This document shows positions 23,950-37,779 of a stretch of 49,888 nucleotides of DNA, in pieces; positions within the stretch are counted from its first letter, which is position 1, and every line of letters begins with the position of its first letter. The DNA comes from Octopus bimaculoides. Taxonomy: Eukaryota. The position numbers and the translations under genes are program-made. The notes under the pieces are model-generated. The model was not told the origin of the DNA. It did no database searches and worked only from the letters and a program-made list of their open reading frames with translations. The stretch lies in contig NC_068983.1 in NCBI RefSeq assembly GCF_001194135.2, positions 49,306,638 to 49,356,525 of the forward strand, read 5' to 3'.

Positions 23950-24060
23950 GGGTAGTTTGAGATGAGTCGATTACATCTACCCCAGTTTTCAACTGGTACT
24001 TATTTTATCGACCCGAAAGGATGAAAGGTAAAGTCGACCTGGGCAGAATTAGAACTCTGC
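23950..24060 (-). mobile_element. SINE A central fragment
   Basis: GTCGATTACATCTACCCCAG...CAACTGGTACTTATTTTATCGACCCGAAAGGATGAAAGG. Confidence 0.8.
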
Positions 24061-24499
24061 AAATAAAATAATTTGCTTGGCGAATTTCTTATCAGTGACA
24101 GCGCCATAACACTAACATATATAATTAAGTGACGAAAAATACGTGTCTCATCATTATACATTATAATTCCTCAAATTCACCACGTAAAAAAATAGGGTAG
24201 CGAGATTTTTTAGAAATTTCACTACCAGTGGCTTTGCGTGTATGTGTGCATATATATATATTCATAATTTGTATATATTTATTTTATTATAAATGCAAAG
24301 CAACACCAGGGAGGAATTGACGTAAGCTTAAATGATAAACCGCGATAGGTGAACCGTGATAGTGCGAGGGAACACTGTAAATACATTCCAGATAACGTAG
24401 GACTGGATACGCCATAACTGAAATAAAAACTGATTTAGGGTTAAATGACACCAACTCCTGCTATAATCAAAACATTTCTCTATAAATATTCTTTTCTAC

Positions 24500-24705
24500 T
24501 ATAGACACAAGGCTTGAACTTTTGGGGAGGGGGACAAATAGATTATATTCACCCCAATGGCCCACTAGTATTTATTTAATCGACTCCGAAACAATGAAAG
24601 ATAAAATCGACCTCGGCAGAATTTGAACTTACAATGTAAAGACGGGCGAAATTTCAGTAAGCGTTTTGTCCGGCGTGCTACCGATGCTGTCAGCTTACCG
24701 TCTTA
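24500..24705 (-). mobile_element. SINE A, diverged full-length copy
   Basis: ACACAAGGC...TCGACCTCGGCAGAATTTGAAC...CCGGCGTGCTA...ACCGTCTTA. Confidence 0.75.
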
Positions 24706-26329
24706 TTAGTCAGTAAGTATTCAAATATATTTAACATCTCAAGTATTTAGCAGTTGTAAGAATGGATGATTGAGTTGACAGGATAGACATCGGAAAAGTT
24801 ACTAGTGTTACGTCTGCAGTAGGAAACTAGTGATATTGATAACTCAATAATAAAGATCCGTAATGGCTGACAACATCCTGATATTACAAAGTTACTAATG
24901 TCTGGTATGCTAACACAAATAACCACAGGCGTCTCTAGCAAGTGATTACCAGCTGGCAACATTGGTAATATGTACCGTGCTTTCATTAGTTGTTTTACGT
25001 GTATGTATTCACAGGCAGACATAGATACAAGCTTGGTCCTTATACACACAATCTAACGGAATACCGCGCATGTAACAAATGTGGGAAAAAAGGGCTACTC
25101 AATCTCAATGACACAACAAGTCACCCGATCCTTGTATCGAATATATGTCCTTATTTACAATTGTGCGCTCAAAACTCTAACCACTAGGTCTTTCTCGTTA
25201 ATTTACGATGCTGAGTCCCATTCCATGTACGTTTAACTTATTTTAGGATAGATATCTATTCACTATCTGCATATAATTAGCGTTACTATCGGCATATAAT
25301 TAGCATTACAATCTGCACCTTTGTCTCTTATCTAATCAAAAATAAGAAACTAATGATTATCAGCTTTGTAGAATTCTAAGAGCGTCTTAGTTTAATGAAA
25401 GCGCAGATAAACTATTATTTGCTGTGAGGATCCCACCATAACAGATTACATCGATAGATTATTAAAAAGTAACAGTTTTCTGGGTTTTATTGTATTGTTT
25501 CATCTGTTTATTTTTCAAGTGCCGCCATAAAAGGATTGTGTAGACTGCTTTCTACTACAGAAGCCTAAATGAATTTTATTGTTTTCGTTCTGTGATTTGA
25601 AGCTATTCTACTATGTACCAAGTCATCTAACTTGATCATTGATTTCCTGTCACTTCAGAACAAAGCTGTTGAACTGAAAGGAATTGTTTTGTGACCAAAT
25701 AAACCATCACAAGATTACATTGCATTACTAACAGAATCATTGCATTGCTTTGGCATTGATGCGACACAAACTCGCTATCCACAAACCACTTGTAATTCGG
25801 GTGAATTTTAAAACATTATCGTATATCTGACCCTCATTCACTCAACCGCTTGACACTCTAACATTAATTCACTGTAACATAATTGCTTTCTGTTCACGAA
25901 ATAATTCCAAGAGGACAGTTTAAGAAGAGATCTTATATTTTCATCTAGTTTTAACCAGTTGAAATGCCCAAAGGTCTTGATGCAAATGTAATCTACCTAT
26001 CAAAATAATTATTATACCCCTGTACACCAGAAATAATATAAACCTCGCTTCAACAACTATTTTGATTTCTATACATGTGGGGTAATTCTGGTGGATACAT
26101 TATCTGATTCAAATGAATAAATAGCAGAATATAATGTGGTCAAATATTTTGAAGTAGCAATAATATGAAAATCCATTTTTCATCTTATAACAAAGTTTTT
26201 CTATCTTTTCTGACAAAGACCTTCTGACTTGATTCAAATTTGGCAGTTTATTAGATAACGTATAATATTAAATTTCACAGATAACGAGCCTAAAAAATGC
26301 ATCTCAGAGGTATAATTAACGAATGAACA

Positions 26330-26560
26330 AGGTAACGTCTCTGCAGTTGTCCAGCCTACTAGAAATACCAACGAGAACTTCATCAAATAACACCATAAGC
26401 GTTTGTTACGAAAAGATACACGTTCAATAATATAGTCTTACATACATTTTGATTTAAATATAAATGGGATGGTCATGGCTTGAATACCTTTGATTACAGC
26501 TCTGTGCAGCAGAGCTGACCTCAAGCTAAACAACAACAACAACAACAACAACAACTTCAA
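26330..26560 (+). mobile_element. Repeat family G 3' part with (CAA)n tail; related copies ~38060-38275, ~44870-45085, ~22850-22910
   Basis: Shared GATGGTCA...GCTGAC..G(G/A)GCTAAACAA ending and CT(A/G)(C/T)TAGAAATA motif among copies. Confidence 0.55.
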
Positions 26561-28439
26561 TAACATTAATTCAACTTCCAAACCAGACAGAGGAATAAGT
26601 ATGAACATGAATCCTTCCCCTCTTTATTTTTCCTACCTGCCACTCTATTTGTCTTTTGCTTACATTCTTTCCCTCTCTGTCTTGTTATTTCTCTCTTTAT
26701 ATAATTTTCTTATTTTTCTTTTTTGTCAAATGGGAATAAAACCGCTGCTAGGCTTTGAGAAAGCATAAAAAAAAACATGAGTAGGACTTTAAAAATTCCA
26801 ATTCGTGGAAACAAATTTATTAAATAATGAATATAAAAAGAATACAATAGNNNNNNNNNNNNNNNNNNNNNNNNNNNNNNNNNNNNNNNNNNNNNNNNNN
26901 NNNNNNNNNNNNNNNNNNNNNNNNNNNNNNNNNNNNNNNNNNNNNNNNNNNNNNNNNNNNNNNNNNNNNNNNNNNNNNNNNNNNNNNNNNNNNNNNNNNN
27001 NNNNNNNNNNNNNNNNNNNNNNNNNNNNNNNNNNNNNNNNNNNNNNNNNNNNNNNNNNNNNNNNNNNNNNNNNNNNNNNNNNNNNNNNNNNNNNNNNNNN
27101 NNNNNNNNNNNNNNNNNNNNNNNNNNNNNNNNNNNNNNNNNNNNNNNNNNNNNNNNNNNNNNNNNNNNNNNNNNNNNNNNNNNNNNNNNNNNNNNNNNNN
27201 NNNNNNNNNNNNNNNNNNNNNNNNNNNNNNNNNNNNNNNNNNNNNNNNNNNNNNNNNNNNNNNNNNNNNNNNNNNNNNNNNNNNNNNNNNNNNNNNNNNN
27301 NNNNNNNNNNNNNNNNNNNNNNNNNNNNNNNNNNNNNNNNNNNNNNNNNNNNNNNNNNNNNNNNNNNNNNNNNNNNNNNNNNNNNNNNNNNNNNNNNNNN
27401 NNNNNNNNNNNNNNNNNNNNNNNNNNNNNNNNNNNNNNNNNNNNNNNNNNNNNNNNNNNNNNNNNNNNNNNNNNNNNNNNNNNNNNNNNNNNNNNNNNNN
27501 NNNNNNNNNNNNNNNNNNNNNNNNNNNNNNNNNNNNNNNNNNNNNNNNNNNNNNNNNNNNNNNNNNNNNNNNNNNNNNNNNNNNNNNNNNNNNNNNNNNN
27601 NNNNNNNNNNNNNNNNNNNNNNNNNNNNNNNNNNNNNNNNNNNNNNNNNNNNNNNNNNNNNNNNNNNNNNNNNNNNNNNNNNNNNNNNNNNNNNNNNNNN
27701 NNNNNNNNNNNNNNNNNNNNNNNNNNNNNNNNNNNNNNNNNNNNNNNNNNNNNNNNNNNTATATATATATATATATGAGCACGTATGTTTGTATATATGT
27801 ATATATATACATACACATGATTACTGCTTCTTAAGATTATAGCTTTGATAACCGAATTACGTTTGGCTGACATATATTACCATTACGCTTTCTTAACACG
27901 CTCAAAAGAAAAGAACTGTATGTGTGTGTGTCTGTGTGTATGTGTGCGTGTGTACGCGTGTGTGTATGTGTATATCTACGTCTATACCCATAACTATATA
28001 CATCTTTATATATATATATATATTATTAATATGTATGCGTGAGTGTGTGTCTACGTTTGTTAATCCAATATGTCTGATCTCGAAGTACCGTATACCACAC
28101 AGCATATACCACTTACTTAATTTAATTTTTGTTTTACTTTTCAACTCTTCTAACAGGTTTACCAGTATGCCATGTGACCGCACCAATTCTTTCCAAGTTT
28201 TCCTCACACTTCTAAAACGTGTACTCCTCATAGACACAACATTTTCGTCCAGTTCTCATTATTCTTTCATATCACTCATCAATTTAAATAATTATTCACA
28301 CCATCTGTCATACATACCTATGTGTTTGTGAGCGTGTATGTGAATGTATGTGCTTATTCATCTATCTTCATACGGTTGTTCAGAATGGTACTTTGTACCC
28401 ATGAATAGGGGCATTTAATAAGCTCGTTTTATAACCTCG

Positions 28440-28560
28440 TGATTTCGCGTTTGGTCCAAGTGTGCATCACCTTCGGAAAGTATTTCCTACTGTCGTTCAG
28501 AGCCTGCTAATGCTTTCTCAGTGTAATTGGCACACGGAAATTGCGGAAGTTCGTTGTGCC
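28440..28560 (+). mobile_element. Degenerate SINE D head
   Basis: CACCTTCGGAAAGTATTTCCTACT...CACACGGAAATTGCGGAAG resembles the reverse complement of 42018-42168; leads into a microsatellite and gap. Confidence 0.45.
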
Positions 28561-29149
28561 TGTGTGTACATGTGAATATGTAAATATNNNNNNNNNNNNN
28601 NNNNNNNNNNNNNNNNNNNNNNNNNNNNNNNNNNNNNNNNNNNNNNNNNNNNNNNNNNNNNNNNNNNNNNNNNNNNNNNNNNNNNNNNNNNNNNNNNNNN
28701 NNNNNNNNNNNNNNNNNNNNNNNNNNNNNNNNNNNNNNNNNNNNNNNNNNNNNNNNNNNNNNNNNNNNNNNNNNNNNNNNNNNNNNNNNNNNNNNNNNNN
28801 NNNNNNNNNNNNNNNNNNNNNNNNNNNNNNNNNNNNNNNNNNNNNNNNNNNNNNNNNNNNNNNNNNNNNNNNNNNNNNNNNNNNNNNNNNNNNNNNNNNN
28901 NNNNNNNNNNNNNNNNNNNNNNNNNNNNNNNNNNNNNNNNNNNNNNNNNNNNNNNNNNNNNNNNNNNNNNNNNNNNNNNNNNNNNNNNNCCATAGGGTTC
29001 TTTGATATCAAAGATCCCTATGAATCACAGAGGTTGTAATCCTTTGAAACATATGTAGGAATAAAGTATGCAATTATAACATGCGTTTTCTCCATTCCTT
29101 AAATTTATATATATATATATATATATATATAGGAAAGATAGAAGTTGAA

Positions 29150-30420
29150 AATACACTGAGAATAGTTAAAATATTTTTTATTAAAATATTTGAAGCTTTT
29201 ACCGGTTTCACAGTTTATATTGATTTTCAAAAAGTTCAAATAGAAAGACGTGACTTATGTCGCAGCTGTCTAGCTTCTGACTAGCCTTTGAAGTTTGCCC
29301 TGTTTTTATAGGGACTTCATGACTCAAATTAGTATATTTTGAATAGGATTTGATTGGTGGAGGATAGTCACATAACTGGTCTTAGAAATTTTTGTAAGTT
29401 CCTAGCTACGTCCGTGACAATGTTTGGCGTCGTAAGTTAAGGCTGACACAATTGACTAAACAAATCCAAACAATCAATGCTCTGTCAAATATTTGTAGAG
29501 AATGAACACATGATTGAGTTTATAACCTTTTGTACGTTTCCTGATACGTCCATGCATTAGTGTCACGTGAGAGTATATTTTGCATCTAAAATGAAGGCCG
29601 ACACGGTTGAGTGAACATGGTTAGTTATAATCGAGATAGTCCAAATTTAATCTGTCTAGAGGGTGAGTGCACAGGAGTGGTTTGTATGTAGTTCAATGGT
29701 TAATATTTAGGCTGTTAGCTGTGTAGCTTCTTCATTATATCCTTGACATTTGATAGCGTATATTAAGTTCCTTGAAGAAACTGAAAATGATTTTCTACGG
29801 TAAAAATCTGTCCTGATTTGAATTTGAATGTTGTGTCTTTACTAAGATTGATAGTCCCGTAATTGGGACGGCCACATATTTTGACTGTTGGTAGAGGAAA
29901 TGTGGAAGATAATTTAGCACTTGTGAGGAATTTTTTGAGGGACTTTCATTGTCTTTTACTTTTGATTATTTTGTGCATTTCGAATGCTTCTTTCATTCTG
30001 AGGGCCTGTTTTAGTAATGGGATGTTCTGGTGGATAATATTGCAAACCTCTGTGTTTCATGGGTTGTGAGTTGTAATAAAGGGTAGATTATTGGGTGTAT
30101 CTGGAGCGTTTTACGTAGTTCTTCGGTATTTATTGGTTTGGAATGTTCTATTCCGTTGTCTATTAGCATTAATGGATATTGTCTTTTAAGTAGTACATGC
30201 TTTAGTTCCTGGAGTCTTTTATTGCGATTTTCAGGGTTTAAGACAATTATGCAAATTCTTCTTGCTAGATTGTAGTGGATATTATTCTTCGTGTGTTTGG
30301 GATGGCATGAGGAGAATAGTAAGTATTGCTTAGAATCTATTTCTTTGCAGTGAATATCTCTTTCCATGATTTTATGGCTTTCGATGATTAGTATATCCAG
30401 ATTGAGCACTTGTCTTGAAG
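29150..30420 (-). mobile_element. Penelope-like element remnant (RT thumb, decayed GIY-YIG region, 3' terminal region)
   Basis: LDILI...KEIDSKQYLLFSSCHPKHTKNNIHYNLARRIC...LLKRQYP is a typical PLE RT C-terminus; downstream KICGRPNYG and CQG..E remnants. Confidence 0.85.
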
Positions 30421-31948
30421 ACTTTATACCTTTCGGTGTTGAATTATTCTACAGTAATTAGTTTAATTATGGCTTCTATGGTCAAGGGGCGGAACTTTGC
30501 ACTCAGATGCTCGTTTTCTTCTGATTTGTTTCTTGGGCTCTATCATGCACCATTCTCCTGATTTTGAAATAGATCAGACCATGTGCTCGGAGTCTGAAGA
30601 TTACTTGGAGACACAAGACGCTTTATAGAAATCTTTATAGCCTCATGTCTTTACAGAAAGGGACTATGACTTGCTCTCATCTTTATGCTGTGCACATTAA
30701 ATAATGTTTATCTCTCACTCGATGGAGTACTATTTTCCTTGATCTTACCTTAATGGAACAGTAGACTATATATATNNNNNNNNNNNNNNNNNNNNNNNNN
30801 NNNNNNNNNNNNNNNNNNNNNNNNNNNNNNNNNNNNNNNNNNNNNNNNNNNNNNNNNNNNNNNNNNNNNNNNNNNNNNNNNNNNNNNNNNNNNNNNNNNN
30901 NNNNNNNNNNNNNNNNNNNNNNNNNNNNNNNNNNNNNNNNNNNNNNNNNNNNNNNNNNNNNNNNNNNNNNNNNNNNNNNNNNNNNNNNNNNNNNNNNNNN
31001 NNNNNNNNNNNNNNNNNNNNNNNNNNNNNNNNNNNNNNNNNNNNNNNNNNNNNNNNNNNNNNNNNNNNNNNNNNNNNNNNNNNNNNNNNNNNNNNNNNNN
31101 NNNNNNNNNNNNNNNNNNNNNNNNNNNNNNNNNNNNNNNNNNNNNNNNNNNNNNNNNNNNNNNNNNNNNNNNNNNNNNNNNNNNNNNNNNNNNNNNNNNN
31201 NNNNNNNNNNNNNNNNNNNNNNNNNNNNNNNNNNNNNNNNNNNNNNNNNNNNNNNNNNNNNNNNNNNNNNNNNNNNNNNNNNNNNNNNNNNNNNNNNNNN
31301 NNNNNNNNNNNNNNNNNNNNNNNNNNNNNNNNNNNNNNNNNNNNNNNNNNNNNNNNNNNNNNNNNNNNNNNNNNNNNNNNNNNNNNNNNNNNNNNNNNNN
31401 NNNNNNNNNNNNNNNNNNNNNNNNNNNNNNNNNNNNNNNNNNNNNNNNNNNNNNNNNNNNNNNNNNNNNNNNNNNNNNNNNNNNNNNNNNNNNNNNNNNN
31501 NNNNNNNNNNNNNNNNNNNNNNNNNNNNNNNNNNNNNNNNNNNNNNNNNNNNNNNNNNNNNNNNNNNNNNNNNNNNNNNNNNNNNNNNNNNNNNNNNNNN
31601 NNNNNNNNNNNNNNNNNNNNNNNNNNNNNNNNNNNNNNNNNNNNNNNNNNNNNNNNNNNNNNNNNNNNNNNNNNNNNNNNNNNNNNNNNNNNNNNNNNNN
31701 NNNNNNNNNNNNNNNNNNNNNNNNNNNNNNNNNNNNNNNNNNTAGACACAAGATGTGATCTATTTCTAGCACATTGAATGTCCACGTTAGTGGTCAACGT
31801 CATATATAAAAATGTACTTTAATCCCCTGAGATTGTAGATACTGTTTCTGAATCTTTTTGATTCTTTAAATGTGCTAGCTTCCTGGTAATTAATCGATAT
31901 TAATTAATATATGATTGTTTGCCATATTTTTTTATAATATATATACAT

Positions 31949-32004
<56 letters not shown>

Positions 32005-32575
32005 ATAGACAGATAGATAGACAGATAAATAGACAGATAGAAAGTTAGATAGATATATATATAGATAGATATACACATAATATAACCTTACACACATGTA
32101 AATATCAAAGCAAAATGTCATACTTGTTGCCGTGATCATCATCAATTTTATATCAATTTCTACTTCCGGGCATAGGTTATTAAGTATAAAGTAGAGAAGA
32201 CTTCCATATATCAAACAGACAACATTTTACTTACAATATTACATGCGGTTACAGTCATCTGTTTATTTCCTTTTTTATATACTTTATAACCGTTTCATTC
32301 CCTTCATGTTACCAGCAAAACAATATGTAATAAAAAATGCTTTGATTTTGTTTTTTTTTGTTTTGTTATTATCAGCCCCGAAGATACTTTCTTAGATCCT
32401 CCTACACTTATGCTCATCTCGATCGTTAATATGAAAATGGGTTACGGTGCGTATTAAATGCTAAAAGTAAAATGGAAATTCTAATTGAGCATAATAAGCT
32501 CCACTTTGAAACAGAAATGATAAAAACATCCCGGTTAAATTGTCAGGAATTTCTATTACACATACACACACACAC

Positions 32576-32610
<35 letters not shown>

Positions 32611-32612
<2 letters not shown>

Positions 32613-33351
32613 AGCTGACGTTCTCGGTAATTCCCGCGAAAGAGGGGATTATCCTTTGGTTCCGTTCTCATATTTGTTTCGCTACTCCAGTAACAACAAT
32701 ACAAAGTATGTAGCCCTTAAAACGGTTTTTGTGCATGTATTGAGATTGGGAATACCGAACTGTCTTAAACTGTGTCTTGTTTTTAGGAATTCCCAGTAAG
32801 TTATGAATACCCAAATTGTGAAGTCATTTATGTATTAGCATGAAATTAATTACCCAATAGTAAGAATTCAAATAAATCAGTCCCGAAAAGGGCTTTAATA
32901 CGTTCCCAGAGTATATAAAACTTAGGAGGAAATACTAATAAGGTATGTATGCTAAAATCGTGAAGCATGTTATGCAATAACAGGATTATCAGGTATGAGA
33001 TAATAACAATTCAAAGTAATTAACTCTGAAAAAAGCGTGCGTTCGCAGTGAATATTACCCTCAGCGGCGGTAGTGTTGGTATATTCGTGAATAAGTAACT
33101 AACCGAAATAAATAGATTTATTGTTTAGGAAAATACTATTTACTTGTTTAAGCGTTTTACTGGATAAATTGCGAAAATAACTCCAATATTTCAGATACTA
33201 AGAAATAAGCATATTCAATTTGATTTATGCGAAATATTTTACGAACATGAATGGGTTATTTCCCTTGGCTGTATATAAGGCTCCCTTTCAGGATTGAATG
33301 GGTTATCTCCCTTGGATGTTTAAAAATAACATATTAGTTATATGTTGTAGA
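32611..33351 (-). mobile_element. Non-autonomous Helitron-like element (~740 bp)
   Basis: Minus strand starts A|TCTAC at 33351 and ends CGGGAATTACCGAGAACGTCAG-CTAG|T at 32611 (degenerate hairpin + CTAG); internal 25-bp repeat TGAATGGGTTAT(T/C)TCCCTTGG at ~33248 and ~33297. Confidence 0.55.
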
Positions 33352-33620
33352 TAAAAGAATCCCTTCCAGGGGCCCTATTATCTATCTTATAGTAAAATTG
33401 TGTATAAACACAATATTTGTTAATTGCTACCCCTTGTCGGATTCCCAGACATGCTTCTAGCTTTTTAGCCGCTATCAATGGGAAATACCAAGAGAGGCAA
33501 CTCTGGACAGACTTAATTAAATCGGTAGGTTTAAGCAAAACACAGTCAAGAACACTGACTTTGTTGCGACACTAGACCTCCAGATCAGAAAAAGTACTGC
33601 AATATCAGCACCACAGAAAA

Positions 33621-33900
33621 GGAGGTGAGCTGGCATAAACGTTACCGCGTCCCTATTTGTCCCCTCTATGTTTAGCCCCTTGTGGACAATAAACAAATAA
33701 GAAAAGTTAGCACGTCGGCCAAAATGCTTAGCGGAATTTCGTCTGCCTTTACGTTCTGAATTCAAATTCCACCGAGATTGACCTTGTCTTTCATCCTTTC
33801 GGGGTCGATAAATTAAGTACCAGTGGTGTACTATGATCGATCTAATCGACTGGTCCCCTCCCCTAAAATTTTGGGCCTTGTGCCAAGAGGAGAAACGATT
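33621..33900 (+). mobile_element. SINE A interrupted in its head by a 5'-truncated A2 3' end (33645-33700)
   Basis: GAGCTGGCATAAACGTTA|...TTTGTCCCCTCTATGTTTAGCCCCTTGTGG..AATAA|GAAAAGTTAGCACG; (G/T)AAA(C/A)GTTA duplicated. Confidence 0.8.
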
Positions 33901-36092
33901 ACTGATCAATGATAAAACGGTACACTCAATTTGAATTATATTATACTTATCATGGACTGATCTGTGATAATACGGGTCAACTATCATAGAGATTCTGTTT
34001 GGGCTGCAAAACGCATTTCAGCGACCATCCACTAGACTGAACTACTCAGAATGCACTGACCTCAATTGTGTTTAAATGGTCGCACTGTGAAGCTGCGTAG
34101 TGTTTATACAGATTTTAATACTCATACTCCTCGACATGAGAAAATAAACAAAAATGAACAAAAAAACAATAGGGCCTGATCCTAACAAATTACGCAGTTA
34201 AGATATTCTCTACAGGAAAAGGTAAAGGTTCCCGTGCGAATACGTGACGATAGAAACTTCGCTGCTGTGGGCTATATTCCCTCCGTCACACATTTATTTC
34301 TTTATTACCCACAAGGGGATAAATGTAGAAGGAACAATGAATGCACCACTTCTGGTTACAAAGTGCGAGGAAGTAATTCACTTATCACTTTCTTTTAACC
34401 GACCCTCGGGATAAACGAGTTTATCTCAGTCAAATTGTTGAGGTGAAAAATCGACTAAGTCTGTTTCAATAATTTCTGGCCTTGTGTCTATATTTGAAAT
34501 AATTATTTAAAGCTCTTAACTGTGGAAATCATCTTTAGAATATCGAAAATAATATCTTTTAGTAATTTTTTTCCAGGCTCTTTAAATCTTGCGTTCATAT
34601 CACTTCAACTTTGCATCTCATCGTCTCAACGTCGATGAAATAAACTATTAGTCAGATACAGGGTTCGATGGTTTCCAATAATTGCATCACAATTTGATGG
34701 CCTTCTGTCTGTATTAAAAGCATTTTCTATTAATCTAAGTAACGGTAGCTATTTTGTGTTCTTATTTCGAATCCTACCGAGGCAACTTTGTCTTTCATCA
34801 TTACAGGGTCGATAAAATAAAATACCATTCGTTTTAATCGACTATCTCACTCTTCACCATTGAAAGTCTTATGTCTAACTACCATCACTAACGAGACTGT
34901 CTTCCGATTTGTCACAAACACATTCTTGGAAAAGTGCCTAACAGACATTTTCAATTCGTTCATAATGCTTTGCTACGCTCGCATACATTGGAATTTGAGG
35001 AAAGGGCGTAGTTTATTATTTCTGATGTGAGCTGTATTATTGCTTTGCGAAGACGGATATACTCGATTTACAAATAGATTTCAGATTGTTTAATGAATGC
35101 TTAATATCCCTACAAGATATGAGATAATTAGTTTTATATCCAAGCAGTGAAATGACGTTAAGCAAATTGCTAATGCCGAGAATTACGCTCTCAGACATAC
35201 TATAAACATATGGCACGGAGCGAATTAATAAATGTATTATCAGAAACGTGGCATGAGCAAATCTAAATATATTTATTCTCCTTCATAAGATACGAGTCCT
35301 TCCTCTACGTAGAGAACTTCTTCGTAACTGCACCCCAACTCATATTTTTTTTATATCTTTTCTTGATTTTCCCGTTGGTTTCTTTGAGGAGGCCAACCAA
35401 ATTTTCTACATCGCTGTCCGTTCACTATCCTATAAAATTGCTTTGATGGTGCTGCTATGCGAGGGTACTTCCTAGTCATTTCCTACGACCAGTTGGCAGT
35501 AGTGGTGGTGGTGACGCACTATCTTCGCTGGTCTTGACCAGAGAAAAGGGTTCTTTGGTCTCATGGTTATCTCCGAATAATCAGGTTGGAGTTATTTCAT
35601 ATTCCGACTGAGATGTGTCACGTATGACTCTAGGCCCACCGACCATCATAATTGGTGTTGTTGCTTCTGTTTGTTTAGACTTTCTATGCAGAAAGCTCTT
35701 AAATGGGTGTTGCAGTTGCATGTATAACAACTGTACTGTCTCTTATGGTTGTTGAGCTTTGAAGTTTTCTTTTCAGCATGCTCTTTAGAACAACAGACCT
35801 AGTATTCTTGTGTCCTTGCAGATTGAGGAAGGCATTAATATCCATTTTGCTCCTAACGGATCACATGTCACCAAATTTTACATTTGCGCATACCACCTAC
35901 CCTTTTAGTATTACGAAAAGAACTAGGAGCCGGGGGCAAGATTGTGAACGATATTCCTGATGTTCCTTCATATTCTGCTTTCTCACATATTGTAGAAGCA
36001 ACTTTTGGGATGTGGTATCACGCTATATTTGTAATTTCATTTTCACTCTATCCTCTGTTTTTAATACGAAGCACATGGTTCTATATTCCCTC

Positions 36093-36340
36093 CCTCACAT
36101 ATTTATTTCTTTATTGCCCACAGGGGGGGGGGCAATAAACATAGAGGGGACAAACAAGGACAGACAAAGTGTTTAAGCTGATTCCATCGACCCCAGTGCG
36201 TAACTGGTACTTAATTTATCGACCCCGAAAGATGAAAGGCAAAGTTGACCTCAAAGACATTTGAACTCAGAACAACAACAGACGAAATACCGCTAAGTAT
36301 TTCGCCCGGCGTGCTAACGTTTCTGCCAGCTCACCGCCTT
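36093..36340 (-). mobile_element. SINE A2 (A head/body, alternative 3' end TTTGTCCCCTCTATGTTT); 3' fragment also at ~34283-34335
   Basis: Full A head plus the alternative tail shared with 41357-41720 and 33645-33700. Confidence 0.85.
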
Positions 36341-37737
36341 AAGATTATTGTTGCTTGGGCCCAGAGCCTGAAATTTGAGGCGAAGAAGTACTTGAATAAA
36401 CCTACCAAGAATTGATTGGTATCTTATCAACTCTACAATTGTGAACTGCTAAATGAATATTAAAGAGAATTGAACCTAGAATGTAAAGAACCAGAACTTG
36501 CACTATAACGAGTCTGGGGGTGAAGCACCACTACGTAAAAGATTCAAACTTTAGAGCAGGTATACAGTTGATTTAATCAACCTCGGTATCTGACTGGTAT
36601 TTAGTTGATCAGAAGATGAAAAGCAATTTGACTCGAGAAGAAACTCAGGATGACGATGAGTGATGATTTCTGATGTTATTAAAATAGCACGAATATTTAA
36701 GGTTGTGATATTTTTATTAGGGTTCTCTAACGCTGATAATGTATAGTAATCTTCAATTGACCTCAACACGTATGGGAGAAGAAACCCCAAGATTTCTTTG
36801 GCTATCATCATAATGATAATAGTAACTACGCTGGATTGATGTAATCGATCAATGTTGGAAAAAAAATGCTTTTCCTTATATACATCGGTTCACTGCGGTC
36901 TAAGTTCAAATCTGGTCGAGATCAACTTGCGTTTGATTTTACCGGATCGATAAAGTAATGCAACTGCTCCGGGCGTAGGTTTGGCAGAATTGTTAGTGTT
37001 GAACAAAATACTTTGCGGTAATGGTCCAGCACTTTTCGTTTTGAATTCACTTGTCATGATACTAGAGACAAACTATATCGATCCTCGATTATTGTCTTTT
37101 GTTTGCACAAAATTGGCGGCACGGTGTCACAGACTTTAACTGGATGCATAAGCAACTGCTGGCCTTTCTTATTGAATCTAGTTTAGTCTTGCGCTCCGGA
37201 GATGAACATTCCAGGCTCAGATAGGTGATAATTCCAGATAATTCCAGGGGCAGATCCTGACCGATGAAGGTGTTAGTTATAACTACTTTAGACTGAGAAT
37301 ATGATACTGATATCATGACGGACAAGGATTCTGGTAATGAAGAATCTATAAAAGAAATTCTTTTCAAAGAAACAAAAGCAATTCCCCACTAAATTATACT
37401 AGAAAGTGCCAATGAAGGAGAGTCTACGTGATTGCTCAAATAGCCAGCCAAATTTTCCGCAACAACTTGACTTCTTGCATAGGGGATTGAATCATGTGTG
37501 CCCGGATTTCATGTACTTGAAGGAAACAGACGGATCTGGTGTTAAACAAGAACTTATGCGAGCAAAGTGAATCGAAAAAGTTCTAAAAATACTACAAAAC
37601 TAAAAGAGGATTATAAATTCATGCTGTTTGACGAAAACAAAGCAGAGGTCCTCTCTTCCTTAGTTATAAATCAAAGCAAACAATTTCGGGTTTGAAAAAT
37701 AATCAATATGTATAAACTTCAAAAATATCGCGCGCAC

Positions 37738-37779
<42 letters not shown>

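Noticed and set aside
24990-25187. Possible exon after TGTATTCACAG encoding CNKC
   Set aside because: A single CxxC, no convincing donor site, no recognisable domain.
37290-37620. IMTDKDSGNEE resembling a piggyBac N-terminal acidic motif
   Set aside because: No TTAA/TIR or catalytic-domain remnants found nearby.
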